Assembly (NCBI GenBank): GCA_036172245.1
Contig: JAYWIR010000001.1
Location: 1,364,001 to 1,428,000, forward strand
Direction of reading: 5' to 3'
DNA: 64,000 nucleotides
From: Raillietiella orientalis
Taxonomy: Eukaryota
Shown: piece after piece, positions 11,801 to 25,080 of the stretch
How positions within the stretch are numbered: position 1 is the first letter of the stretch
Layout of the letters: every line of letters starts with the position of its first letter
The notes under the pieces: model-generated
Seen by the model: only the letters and a program-made list of their open reading frames with translations
Told to the model about the DNA's origin: nothing
Database searches by the model: none
Position numbers and translations under genes: made by a program

Positions 11801-13994
11801 GCGAAAATCCTGTGGATTCCGACGGATGGCTCCTCGCTCAGGATGGTAGCATATTTCTCCATCCCGTTTCTCTCCTTCTCCCGTCGAGGAAACCTTCAGC
11901 TCAGCTGCGACGGCGCGGGGACGAAGGCACACTCCCCCTCTTCCTCCACTTTTTGGCGGAACGCAGCACGGCCCACGGAGAATGCGAGATTTTCGGCCAT
12001 TCCTTCTCGGGAAATTTTCTTCCGGCAAACGTTGGAATGTGTTAACGCAGCTGCTCTTTGCACTTGGATACTTCGGGCAGGCTGCACGCGAGCGCGGAGA
12101 TTGGATGCATCTCGGAAGCGAGTCATTAACTTGGGAAAGCACCAAGTATTGGTTTTCATTTGATTGTACGCTAAAATTTTACTCCTGGAATAAAATTATC
12201 AGCATTCCTCCTGCTTTTTGTTCCCCGACCTTTGCTCCCAATAAAATACACAACTGGTGCGTTCATCATCCAGTTCTCCTCCATGGTCACTAAAAGGGAC
12301 AAAAAAAAAAAAAAGGAAGAACTGGGACGGTTCTTCCTCTTTTGAAGCAGAAACTTTCAGGGAAACTGGACGGAATCGTGCAAAGCAAGTCACCCAATGT
12401 CGCCAAAGGCCTCCCTTGCGACCACTTCTGTCCTGTTAACTTGCGATTCTAATTTTCCGCTAGTGCTTCTTCCTCAGGTGAGGAAGAATCCAACGATAGT
12501 AGAGACTACCATTGGACCCTCGCCCACGTATTTCTAGCTCTTCATCTTCACGACAGCATGAGTTGTGGGTCTCTTTGCTTCACTCGGAGACTAACGATGC
12601 GATCGCTGTTGGCGCCAGGTGCACGAGGAGGAAATGGCGCGGCACGTTTGCTGACACGTGCTTCGTGTGCTCTGGGTCTTGGCATCCTCATCCAGGTGAA
12701 GCCAGGATCGGGGACAGAAGAGGGGAAAATGGTGAAGTCCGTGGCCGCACCCTGTCTCTTTCACTCCTTGACTTCAAGGCACCTTTTGAAGAATCCGAAG
12801 TGTAACCAATGAAAGATTTGAGGACACGATAGGGGTCACGAGAAGGAGTGGACCGACTGTGAGGTGATGTCTGAGAGGTGAGATAAGATGCTGAGTGTGT
12901 TTAGAGAAAACACGCAGGGTAAACACAGAAGATGTGAATTTCCAAAGATATCAATTTCCGATTTCTCTGCTTCCAAACAGTTGCGGAAAAGAACTTACAA
13001 AAAAACACAAAAAAAAAGACAAAGGATATTCAAATTTTCAAAGAGATCGTAAATCAGAGTGCACTTGTTTCACAGATGTTGCGGGAGGAAGAAGATGATC
13101 TACTTGTAACGTTAGAGGAACGAACGATCACAAAAAACAAAACAAAAAAAAAATCAAAGGGATGGAACCGTGCGCTATCAAGTGCAGAGATTTGATCATA
13201 TCGGCGGCTGCAAAGCTGATTTTGAGCTGTCTGATGAAATGAGAACCGGTAGCATGCAATAAAATGCAATCCTGGGAACTCTTCGCCGCACCTTCGATCG
13301 ATTTCGTACAAATGAACTCTTAGAAACGTGCATGGAATTCTGCGAGAGCGCTGGAATTCCCGAAGGCATTCAGCTCTCGAGGCATCCAATCGAATGATCC
13401 AAGGAAGCTGGGAAATGAAATGAAGGATCTTCGGAAATGGCGATTTGCACCGGTGAGTGACGCCATCACCATCTCCGAAAGGGTGCTGAAGAAGGCTGAA
13501 AGGACCTGACCACCAAACAAATTCAGGAACGCAGGGTGCCAAAACACTCCGAATGGCTCCAAGCGTACAAGATCCCTCTTCAGTTGAGGTTTCCTTGTAT
13601 TTCGACAGCTGGGAAAGCAGGAAATTCGGATCCGTATATCGGTGAAGATGGGGAAGTCGTCGGTAATTCGTTCTGGAACTCGTGACGAGTGCCGAACGAG
13701 TCCCTCTCTAGGCTTCGTGGTATCATTTCTAACCGTTCCAAAACCCATGACTAGCGCTTAGAATGCACAGAGAGCACAAAAAAAGAGGAACGATCCGGGA
13801 GGCACTCCGTGGAAGTGTTGGGCGCTGCTCGCGAGCTACCCCGAGACGTAGACTGCATTGGCGTTTGCTGGTTCCATCGTGGGTGGGGTGTCGAGAGTTC
13901 CGAGCATGCGCCGAGTGTCGAAGCATTTTTTTGCTCTCGTCAAAATGCGACGAGTACTGAGTTTGACGAGTTGCGACACCGTCGAGTACCGAGG

Positions 13995-14165
13995 TACCAC
14001 TTTACTAACAAATCCAAGTAACTCTACAGCCTTGGACGTATCAACCCTTGGCCTTGCAGTGCTCGTGTCATCGAAAAACGACCTCTTCTGCTGCTACCAT
14101 TACAGCATGTCCACAACCAATTCATTACATAAGTGGTTGTCAAGGTAAAAGATCCATACAGTCTC
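13995..14165 (+). repeat. ~170-bp direct repeat, copy A
   Basis: Shares ACGACCTCTT..GCTGCTACCATT..AGCATGTCCA..TACATAAG..GGTTG(T/C)CAAGGTAAAAGATCCA(T/C)AC(A/G)GTCTC with 16345-16512. Confidence 0.8.
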
Positions 14166-14953
14166 ATTAAAAGTGACACAGGAAATTTCTTAAGGGAATC
14201 ATGGTTAACCCCTCAGCTTTGGAAACTTTCCTTCGAAGAAGTTGCGGCATTTGCGTCAAGATAAAATGATTTTCCGGTAAATAACTGCTGCTTTCTTCGA
14301 ATCCCTATTCATGACCTCGCACCTGAGATCATGATTACCCTGATACCAGGACCGTAAAATTAAAGTGCTACGAAGATTATTAATGGACTTTTCTTCGGAA
14401 TGTTGGCAAAAAATGGCCAAGTGAGAATGAGAAGTCAATTCGTTGGACGAAAAATGCATAAATTCGAACCTTCCAGAAGGAAGGAGCAAGGATTGAAAAA
14501 AGAAAGAAAGAAAAAATCCTGGAATCATCGAACTTTCAGACCTGAGTGTTTGGAGGCTTGCGGATCGCTAAGATGGCATCTTCTGCAGATCCATCCTTGT
14601 TCCTTGGAGCAAGCAGATAGTTTCCGTTTGGGTTCCGACGATGCTGAGGATGGTCAAGGAGGTACAGCAGGCATGAAACCGCAAACTAAAATGCAACAGA
14701 GCTAAGAGCATCGTGGATTACGCGCAAAGAGCAGAATTCCAGGAGACAGCCCTTGCCTTGAAGCACGCCAACCGAAAATGGAACGTGCAGATGACCAAGG
14801 CAAACTGATCTGAAAGCGTTCCCCAAACGTGAGAGACTTCTGGTGAATATATATGCGGAAGAGGGAAAAGGCTTCTCATCACTTGCTCTTCATTCGTTTT
14901 TTTTCCCCATCCTGATTGGTGCTAGCTGCACCACTGATGTTCGACAAAGCAAG

Positions 14954-15690
14954 CTAATTCGGCGAAGAGTTCGATAAATTTAGTTTATCGAAGATGGATT
15001 CCGCATCCCTTGCATCCGAATTCAGCCGCTTCCTCAGCTCACTGTTCATTTGGCTGCGAAACTCTTGAGACTTCTTTTCCCTTGTCGGAGATTTGGTCCT
15101 GCAAGACAGCAAGTCGACGACCGTCGTCGCGGAACAGATGGACCTTGAAGTATTGCGCACGCCGGGCACATTCTGGGATCTGGACAGGTCGGCGGAGATA
15201 TTTTGAAGCATCTCGTGCATCTTCTGCATGTCTCTCCTCATCTCGTGCAGCTCCTTGCTGATCCTCAAGAGTTCAGGACGGTCTCCGTCTCCGCCGCCCC
15301 GCAGGCGCTCCTCAGTGCCACCCTCCGGTCCATTTCCTTCCTCCTGGCCAGGATCAAAAGGGCGTGGGCCAAGGACAGCAGGCTGACGACAAGAACGGCG
15401 GCGACCCCAGGACAACGACTCCCGGGGGGGGAAAGGGCTCATCCGGCCCGGGGACCGTGTCCTCGGCGAAGCCCAGCCTCCCCTTCAGGGAGTTCAGCTT
15501 CCTCTGGAGCCGCTGCAGCCTTTCCCGGGCCTTTTTCTGGTTCCTCGAGCCCGGGGTGTTGCCTTCCTTCCTTGGGTACTTGGCAGCGGCTGCTACGGGC
15601 GTGAGGAGAGGCCTCCCGCAGGATGCCGGGGCGGGGACAGGCCGTCCCTTCGCTTTGTGCACTTTGCGATCTTCGATCGTAGCAGAACCG
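14954..15690 (-). pseudogene. Unidentified coding-like segment with two coiled-coil-like stretches, frameshifted at a G-run
   Basis: KKARERLQRLQRKLNSLKGRLGF and ELLRISKELHEMRRDMQKMHEMLQNIS lie in two frames that join at the G-run near 15423-15431. Upstream is an acceptor-like tract ending GG instead of AG. Confidence 0.3.
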
Positions 15691-16344
15691 GAAAAATGCA
15701 AGGCATTCCCATTTAGTCAAGCCCAAGCTGCACGAAGACTCGCTGGACAGGCGCATCCAGACCACCAGAAAAGTGGTCGATTCCTGTCTCGAAATGGGGT
15801 TTCCAGAAAACACCAAGAGTATCGCATTCTTTGGCCATTTGTCTTTTTCGTGTTCCCTCGGTAGTCCTGGTTTGCTCCCGTCAGCAGTAGATGAAATACG
15901 CAATCTGACGGCAGTCTGTTCTCTTCCGGCTGCGCGGAAGTAAACGCGGGGTGTGAGCTCTGTTGACATTGCAACGAGGCAGAAAACTGCCTTGGGGAAT
16001 GCTTTGAAAGGAATCCGGGATGCATCGTTTGGTTGCTGCGGTTTTTCAAGAACATCTTTGTTTCCGACTGTTCCAAGACTTCCCCACTAAGGAGACGTTC
16101 GAAATAAACCGAACAAAACCGAACCTTCTTGGGGAAGGATTGGCCTGCAGGCTCGAGCGAGTTTTGCCCGAACGCATGGACAGCGTGATCGAATTTGCTC
16201 CTTGCTTGCGCGAGGCTGGTGCGTTTTTTTTATCTGTATCGGTTCCAAGATGCTCGGCGCATCCTCTCTCTCAGGTCACCGAAGAAACGACGGATCGCGG
16301 CACTGCTTAATTCTCCACTGCCTCCTCCTGAACCTGTTAAACGG

Positions 16345-16512
16345 AGCCACTAAGAAATCCAGGTGACTTCGGTATCTTGTACATTAGCCCTTAACTTTGC
16401 AATGCCGACATCATCAAAGGACGACCTCTTTCGCTGCTACCATTGAAGCATGTCCATCACTGTTCAACTACATAAGAGGAGGTTGCCAAGGTAAAAGATC
16501 CACACGGTCTCG
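16345..16512 (+). repeat. ~170-bp direct repeat, copy B
   Basis: Aligns by eye with 13995-14165. Confidence 0.8.
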
Positions 16513-17199
16513 AAAGCTGTGTAGAGCAGCTGTGGGAGTTTTTTTCCTTTTTTTGTCGGAACAGGCCGCACATCCGTTCCAGAAGTGTGCTGCAGACTGG
16601 CTGTACAGTTTGTTTCAGAAATGCACCGCGGCACCGTCGAATTTAAAATTTCTTAAATCTAAGATTCACAGTAGCCAGGTTTATTATCATTATTATTATT
16701 ATTTCACTTCTTTTCGTTATGCAGATGCCTCGTAATTTCTCCAATTTTACCGAGGTTGTTGGTTCGGAGTTCCTAAAAATGAGGACATCAAAAAAGTACC
16801 CTTCTTTTGTTGAACAAATAAGTGCATTTATGGAAAGGGGGAAGAAAACAATTATGGAGAACAAACAAGACGATCGGAACTTCAAACAAAAACCTTATCA
16901 TATGGTTATTTGTCTCGAGCTTCACCATTGCGACAAGTGGGACGCTGCATGCCTTGTGGCCGAACGCCTCTTCAGCGAAACCACCGGGGCACGCGTCTTT
17001 TCGATCTACCCTGATAAAGGAAAAATCCATCCACCACCTTCTTCCCTTCCCATCGCTGGTGTTTAACCTTCCAGTGAGTATTTGACGTTGGTGCATATAT
17101 CTTAATTCTTGATATTACATAGAAGTTTCCAAAAGAAAAACGTCCACTAATTCAGGCAATGTACAAGAACGGGAAGAGCAATACTTGTATATGCTTTCA

Positions 17200-18000
17200 G
17201 ACTCGTAGCTTTCCCCCAATACAAACATCCTTTGCGATGCCAGACCCCTCCGGATAGCCGGAAGCCACCCGTGAATACTTCTGAGTGTTTACTTTCGCGT
17301 GCAAGAAGCACCGAGCATTCACGGAAGCCAACTTCGAAGCGGGGGAGTCGTTAATGTCAACCAACGTCTTGCAGGCTGCAAGTTGCCGACCGCTGACCAA
17401 GGGTGTCCACCCTGGAGTGCTGTCCCGCTCCCGAGAATGGATCTCCTCTGCATGCATAAGCCATTTCAGAGAGAGCCTTGGAATGGTGTGCTGTTGCGGA
17501 AATGAGTTGCCATCGAAGGTGCATTAGTCATCTGGAGACGCCCTGCTTGAAGGGGACTGTATTTTCCTCCGTGGCAAATTGCGTTTCCCAAATGTGTTCC
17601 ACCCTGGCTGCTTTGAAAAAATTATTCCCATACCTTCGCCAGCTGCAGGTATGGAAATAATTTTTTTTCAAGATGTAGACGGTGCGACCGTTAATGCAGG
17701 AAGGACGCACCATCGTCGAGAAGTTATGCCTGGCGGGAAGAGATCGCTGGAAATGGTTTGAGTCTCAATCGATGAGGAATTCGGTGCAAAGGGGCGAAGG
17801 GCGCACGTCCTTCAATAGATGCGGTCCTCCGAGAGTGGGTGGGTGGAAACGGTTTTCATAACACCGGAATGAATCTTAGACAGTGTGTGAATCCAGGAGG
17901 TCCAGTATTTTTTATCGTTGGGCACATCCGCTTGTCGATTCGAAGGACACCTGGGTTCGGAACCTGTGCTGGAGCAGCACGTACTTGAACCGTGCCATGT
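17200..18000 (-). mobile_element. Second decayed P-element/THAP9-like transposase fragment
   Basis: THPLSEDRIY, RHNF(L)DDG..INGRTV, EHI, and TPLVSGRQL..KTLVDI...RCFLHAKVNTQ..SGYPEGSG resemble successive P-transposase core segments. Confidence 0.4.
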
Positions 18001-19664
18001 GTGCGGTCATCGTCGTATTACTCGAGCGATTCATTCCATCGTTCCCACGGCATTTGCGCCGCGGGAAGAACGGAGAGTGAAGTCTGCGTCAATCTGGAAG
18101 TCTGGAGAATCAAGTCTGCGTGTTCCTTGTTTTGTTTGATGCAGTCGTTAGATGGAAGGTGTACATGCACTTTACGGCAATAGAAAACTCTTCCCCCCCC
18201 CTCCTTCAGGATTTCAGCAAAAGGCACCGTTAGTAAACAACGCCTGTGTGTTTGCCTCCCGCTGCAAGACTTGATCGAGTTTGTTCCCTCTTTTCCGCTT
18301 TTGCTTCCATCCCTGTGTGTTCTTTCAGTCGAACTTTACCGATGAATCGTGGCTAAAGAAGTCAAAGTTCCCTGCATGAAAGTTTATTATCTGTCGAGAT
18401 GATGCTCACGAGAGTGTCTTCATGCGGGCAGAGCGTCATTTCCCACACTGACCGTCCCGCCTTGTCGTCAGGCAGCAACGAGCAGTCAACCTTTATCGGG
18501 AAGGACATTTGTCGTGCCTCCTACGATTCTCTCCCCGATCTCCCACTGTACCCCCGATCCACCTAAAATGGAGATTCCTTGCAGCGACAATGCGTTTGGG
18601 CCGGAGCGAGGAGCCATGGACCTTGTTCCCGTTGGACAACTCCGTTGATTGCCGTGACAGATGGGAAAAGATTGGAATGCGAGCGGAAGAAAGAGCCGAC
18701 ATTGCGGACGTCGCAACGGACCGAGCGATGCACAACCTGACCGGGGAAGTGTGCGAACACTGTCGGGCGCACACTGACCAAAGAGTGGCTCTTGCCGTTT
18801 CGAGTTCGCGTCATCCTGCACCGTCCGTGCTGTCATCGGACGATCGGAAAGGAAGGAAGGGAAACGCGCCAAGACTCACCCGTTTTACCGGCGTGGAGCA
18901 AGGGATGCTGCTGCCTTGCTCTTCCGGTTCGGTTTCGGTGAAGGCTGAATGGTACGGAGGACAAATGCGTTCGCGCCGAGCCAGGACAAACAGAACCGCA
19001 ACTCGGCTTCCCGAGCGAACAAGTCAAGAGCAGCGCGGAGCAAAAAAAAGTCGTCCACGGCGCCTGCGGAAGATTCCGTGATCAATCCCTCAAAGAAGAG
19101 AATTTTTTCTGTTCCCAGAAACGAAAACGGATCTCTCTGACGGAGGGTAAAAGCGGATTCAAAGAGAGGGAATCCGCTTGATGGCGCAACTCCAGATCAA
19201 GGACACAGGTAAAAACTTGTTTAGCTGTGAGTGATGAGAGGCTGTCGAGACGACTGAATATGGAAAACGCTCGAAGATTTCTTGCAGAAAGACAGATAGG
19301 TTGATGACTGTTATTCAGTTCCTGAATTCATGTTAGCATTTTTACTGAAGACGCTGCAAGCTTACTAGAGCTAAAAATAATCATTGCTTCTGGATATGAA
19401 ATGGATGAAGATCGTCTCGTCTGTGAGGAGGAAGAAAAAAGAAAACAGCTCCTGGAAACTGTGCCTCAACAATGGAGCATTTGAGATACAAGAACTGCTG
19501 CTGTTGGCCACCGTGGCGCCTATCTCGTTGCCCTGGGCGTAAAGATGAAGATGTCCGGTGGAAGGATGCAAGGTGTGCTGCTAGCGTGCTTAGGGATTGC
19601 TCTCTCGTCCTACCTCATCCGAACTCGCAAGAAACCTGTGGGATTCGTCCTCCTCCGGCTGTCT

Positions 19665-20373
19665 GCCCGCGTTTGGCAGCCATGTGGCCGCGGTCTCCGC
19701 CGAGTGCCACCCAACGACACGGGTTCGAATCCCACCCCCGCGGGATGACGCTGGTTGGCCTACGGACTTCGAGTGGACGCTGGTAGAAGCCAGATGCCCC
19801 CTCCTTCCCGGAGAAAGACAAGAAATGACGTGGGAGTCCACATGAGTCGTAGGAGGCGGCTCTGCCCGCCTCCACCCTTTTCCTGCGTTCATCCACTTTT
19901 CCCCTTTGACCGCTCCTCCTCTTCTTTCCTGAAATTAGAAGTCTACCCCCCGGGGTCCTTCCAGGAATTAAGGAGCCATTAGGGATTCCTCTTTCAGTTG
20001 TGAAAGTGGAGCCGCCTCCCCTTCGGGGAGGGACCCTCATCGGGTACCACGTGGCTGGTTGACTCCTCTCCAGAATGTCAAGGAGTGCGCTGCTTCCTTC
20101 GGAGTCCTCTCTTCAGAAGAGTAACAAGGAGCGGTTCCCTCCGGAAACAAACAGGGAGGTGGTGCGCTTTGGGGTTGCCCTACTGAGTGCAGAAGGAACG
20201 GAATCCTCCCTTTGGAGTCCTTCCTGGATTCATGCGATGGTTCCTGCGAAAGAACCTCCCGAATCAGAGGGTCAGACGCTGCCCCTCGGGTGGCATGGAC
20301 GGTATTGAAGATCTTCGCGAGCCCCTAGACGAACGGTTTCTCGGGTACTTTGCGAGCCAAAAAAATAAAAAAA
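19665..20373 (+). mobile_element. SINE-like family copy 4 (single B-box head, nested ~110-bp insertion, A-rich tail)
   Basis: GGGTTCGAATCCC runs directly into GATGACGCTGGTTGGCC. The 3' end is GATCTTCGCGAGCCCCTAGACGAACGG..ACTTTGCGAGCCAAAAAAATAAAAAAA. Confidence 0.75.
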
Positions 20374-22384
20374 CTGGGAGGGAAGACGCGGAAACGGAAG
20401 AGCCCCGAAGGATTGCCACCAGCTCTGCCTTTGGACGGCGCAGAACACGGGGCGCACACAGCGATGTCACGTCTTTTCGCAGTGGCGCCTCTTCGCGCGC
20501 GAACCCACTGAAGCGTGTTCTTCGCCGCTGGTAACAAAAAGGGGCGACATGCGAAATGGGCGTGAACCGTTGCAGCTTTCCGCTTTCATGATTGGAGCAC
20601 AATGAGGCGAGGATTTGCGGAAGTGGCCAAAGGGCGGTTGATCAGGACGCCACATCGGAGAAGTGGCTTCGGGGAGACGAGCAGCAGCGGGGACGGGGAA
20701 GGACGCAGGGCGGTGCGCCGGCTGACACAGCGCCGCACGCTTCCCTCTCCCCGGGTCATTTTCTGCCGCTGTGGTGACGACCCGGAGACCGGCCAGGAGG
20801 GAGCCATCTCCACGAACGGTCCTGATCGCGAACCGCCGAGTGGATTCGCTCCCACCCTGTGCATCCTCTCCACGCTTCCTTCCCCCTCAAAAAAGCCAAG
20901 CGTGGACCAAGTCCGCCGGCGTCGCCGCCTCGCGTTACTCGGTAGGGGTGGGGGGTGGGGGGGACAGAGCGCGCACAGTGGCTCTCGCCTCCTCGGTTGC
21001 CTTTCCGCGCGCGAAAGCGCCGCGGTCCTTCTGATGCGGGAGTGCAGGGCTGACCCTGATCGCCGCTCGGGTGCTTCCCGTCCCGTCCCCGGAGAGTCCA
21101 AGCGAGCACGGGCGTCGCGTCCCCTCTAGATGCTAATAGAGATAAAAGAGCCTGTTGCCTGGTCCCGCGGAGGAGGAGGCTTGCGGCCCGCCTGGAGATC
21201 CGACAAAACGCCCGCCTTTGTTGCGCGTAAAGTGCGTGGGACTTTTCGAAGGGAGGCAGCCACCGAGACGAGATTTTCCTCTCTTCGACGACAGCGATTA
21301 ATGACTGGTATGATTAATGATCGGAGTAGTCCTGGAAACAAACACGAGGCAGAGGGGAGACGTGCTCTACGGCTGGAATGGCGGTGCAAATTGGCGGTGA
21401 TGGCGAGTGAAAGTGTGTCGGGCTCTGGGCGAACGGAGCGGTCCAGGACTGGGTCCTCCGCGCGACTAATCACAAGCCACGGCCGAGTTCATCAATTCCC
21501 GCCGGGAAATAAACACGGGTTGCATATCCAGATCATTAGTTATGCTGACAGTTGCAATGCACTGTGCAGCATCCCTGGATAATAAAGAAAACACACACAC
21601 AGAAAGAGTAGTTTTTTTTTTTTTGTGCTTCTTCCTCCTTTCTTTAAAGAAACGAATGCGTCCAGGAGAATTAGCGGGTGCAAATTTCCTGTCGGATGGA
21701 GGGGAGAAAAAAAAAGGAACGAAATTGCTTCAAATAATTGGCAAGGTGTTTCGAGAGGACAGAGCGATAAACAACAACCTTTAAACAAAGAAGCGATTTC
21801 TCGTTGCACTTCCCAGGTGGGGAACTCATCCGGCGAAGAGCGCGGGGCGATGGAGCAATTCATCCACGGCCTCTCCTGCTCGACGATTTCGTTTTTTTTT
21901 TTTTAATAACGCCGGGAATTAGCGCGCCCGGGATCGCCGGGCGCACGCAATCAAAGCCCCTGCGAGACAAAGTTTCCGGGATTTATGACGTCGCGTTCCA
22001 CTGATGCGGGATTTTATCGCCAGCCACCAGACCGATGCTCCGTGCGAAGAATACGAAATGCTCCCCGAGTCGTTTCACCTTCCTCCCCGATCCTGCCTGC
22101 CGGCCCGTGGCCGCGTCTAACGGCCTGCTTTCCGACTGCGCGGGAGTGGCCCCACAGAGCCTCCTTCCCTGCCTGCAATTCCGCTGTCCGGCGGTTGGTG
22201 GTGGGTGCTCGCGGCCCGCAGACAGACCACGACGCGGCTTGGAATTGCGGGGACATCCCTCCCCAGTCTTGCGGGTGGTACTGCTCCCGGAAGAGGAGGG
22301 TAAAGAGGAAGAGGAGGAGGAGGGAGGGAAGAGGGGGAGGAAGAAGAGGGAAGAGAAAGAGGAAGAGGAGGAGAAGGAGGACTT

Positions 22385-22495
22385 GGCAAAAAGGGAAGGT
22401 GGATGACGCAGGAAGGGGTGGACACGCGCGAAGCCGTCTCCCACGATTCATGTGGACTCCCGCGCCATTTTTTGCCTTCCGCCTGGAAGGAGGAG
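22385..22495 (-). repeat. ~110-bp repeat, inverted copy of 19801-19910
   Basis: The reverse complement CTCCTTCC..AAATGGCGCGGGAGTCCACATGAATCGTGGGAGACGGCT..TCCACCCCTTCCTGCGTCATCCAC matches 19801-19910. Confidence 0.8.
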
Positions 22496-23199
22496 GAACG
22501 CGCCGGCAGCGGGGCTGGAAGGCTGCATGTCATCTTTCCAGGGAATAGGATGCGGGCTCAACATCAGGAATCAAACAGAAACCCGAGACGGGGATGACGG
22601 CGAACGAAGATTATCCTTTCCCGGGTATCGTGTGACCCGGAGTCGCATCGAAACCCGAGACGATTATCTCGGGAAGATCTGCAGATTCTGAGAGACTTTC
22701 TCCGAGGCATGTGCTGCGTTGGTCCGCGGGAAACCCGACACCTCTTCCACTTATCTGCCCGAACACGGGACGCTTAACAGGAACGATCGGGAAAAGGTGA
22801 CTGATGCGCGCACTCTCGGGATGCGCAGAGCGCGGCGGTATGCGTGCGGCGCGCGCGGAATTGTTCCCCCTCCTCGGGTCGTCGTCGGGGGAAGGGAGGA
22901 GCCAGGAGAAGAAGAGGAGAAGTGGGACGGTTCGGTGCAGCGACAGCTGCCGCGTCCTGTCGCTCGCGCAGGCGCGCTCGCAGGTCGCCGGGAGGTCACG
23001 TCCTGCGGAAGCGCGGGGCATCCCCTTGCTCGGTGGGCAGGACTGCGTGTGGGTGCTTTTGCGCGAGGCGCACGAGGGCACCTTTCCTCCTCCTCCTCTG
23101 TCCTTCCCAAATCGCGGGAACGTCCTGGTCTCCACAATCACCAGAGTCCAGTGTGCGTCGCGTGTCCTTCACGTTCCGTCTTGCCGGGAGATGTGAACT

Positions 23200-25080
23200 A
23201 ACGGTGAGGACGTGCATGAGGCCGAGCGATGACCAAGGAAACCTGCCTCGCCCTACCCGAGCTTCGAACCCGGTCAGTGGGGCACTTCGTCTCCAAGGGG
23301 TTAGAGCCGGCGGAGATGCCGACCGCGGAATCTCTTCGAGCATCTTCAGTCGTGCTCCGTTTCCTTCTTGTCTCTCAAACAGATCTGAATCTCGAGGACT
23401 GTATGCGATAACATCCTGCCCCTGGCACTTTCGGTGGCGGTGGAGGCCACTAGCAAACTGCGTCTGCTGGTCACCTGCAGCTGTGTCCAGGTCAGTCTCG
23501 AATGCACCGTATCCAGGATGTGTGTGCGTTGCGCAGACTGCGGGATGTTCTCCTTCGTGAAATTCCACCGAAGTGGTGCTTCGGACTGTGGTCACTCCAA
23601 CGCGACTTTTAGGTCGGGAGCGATGGATTTCCAGCCGACCACGAGCCGACGAAGCTTCGCCGTTTCAGCCGTCCTATGAAGGTGCTGTCGTCTTCGTCCG
23701 TCTCCTGCGACCGAGAGCAGGTTTGCGGCTGCTCGGAACGGCAAAGGGGGTCCACTCTGGTTGCACGGCGCCACCTTCCGAAATGGAGAATTCTTTCCCT
23801 CGCTGAGGATTTGGAGAGGGATCAACCCTCCCATTTGCAGCCTCCGGCTGCTCACTCTGATCGTAGCAGCGGGAGATTTGCAGCGCCGTTCTTTGACTTT
23901 CTTGGGCATTCCTTGTGGACATTGCGAAGACGCCGCCTGGAGAGAAACGCATCTTCTTGCCTTTTGTGAACGCAACCTCCAGCGTGTCTGCTACATCCCT
24001 TTTGCCTCTTGGACAGAGCTGGCTGCTCTTTCACGCCAGATTTCAGTGCATCTCAATCTCGTTTCTGCAAGCTGGTCTCGAAGATGGGTAACAAAAACGC
24101 TTTGCGATGCTGGTTGGTTTCGGTTTGTGCTCGGCTGGGCGATCTTCTTCAGCACCGCACCTTCCCTATAGAAAGGAGCCAGGAGATCCCACAAATCTAA
24201 AGGTTCCTTGTGTAGCAAGAAGTGCTTCAGTTCGAATGCTTGAGAGCTTCCGGGGTCGGAATCCCATCGGTTTACGGACCGTTAGAGAAAGAAGAAGAGG
24301 TTAAGGAAGGGAAGAGGAGAAGGACCGTTAGTAGCCGCTTTTCCAGCTCTGTAGCCGAGGGAAACTTGCTGGCTGCAGACCTCGGTTTCACCTGAAGTTT
24401 TCGCTGTTCCTACCCGAAACAGCAGCGAGCATTTCTGTTTGAAGGTTTCGCTCCTTCTCTTTCCCGCGAAGGTGAAATGGAACCAAGTGGAGCCGACATG
24501 TAAGCTCGAGGACCAGTCCACACTTCCCGTTCTCTTTTTCCGGCTTTCGACGGACAACGGGATGGAGATTCCCAGCTCAGAGAGTGCCGATGGAGTGAAG
24601 GTAACTCTTTTTCATCTACGGATCTTCTCGACATCCGCAAGGACTCCTCACTGGAAGCAAACGGGTTTGGTGTCCACGCGACGCTCATGGTCGTAAAAAG
24701 TCAGCTTGATGAGCACCAGCGCGCTGCTTCAGCGGCGCTGGGGATGTTTCTGGAAAACAGTCGGGAAGAGTCTGTCGTGAAGAGCAGGTACTCCTTGTCG
24801 AATCTTCGCTTCAGCACTGCCGGATCATCGAGCATTGCAGTGACCTAATAGAGGTCCCAGCAAACATTCCCACACCTTCTCTGATGCTCCTTTTTTTCAA
24901 AGAGCGTTCGGCCTTGTTCGCTTCGCCCATTCGACCATCAGCAGCCGTTCCGCTTGCCGACGAAGCGTCGCCATTGCTGACCGCGCGCTCCTCTTCTTGT
25001 GAGTTGTGACGTGACCTCATACTGACACCAAGAGAGGATTTTGAAACCTCTTCTTCTGTTGTGGTTTTGCGACCGGTCAT
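23200..25080 (-). mobile_element. Possible 5' part of a LINE (ORF1-like sequence plus endonuclease remnant)
   Basis: Degenerate coding-like sequence with a knuckle-like remnant (NVHKECPRK) and WSDHSP (SDH at 23588-23596), which resembles the APE endonuclease terminal motif. Confidence 0.35.

Noticed and set aside
13324-13452. Plus-strand exon-like segment (TAG|...CCG|GTGAGT)
   Set aside because: No polypyrimidine tract, no recognisable protein and no partner exons.
16719-17066. 115-aa ORF after an acceptor-like site
   Set aside because: No recognisable homology, and it sits next to a transposon relic.
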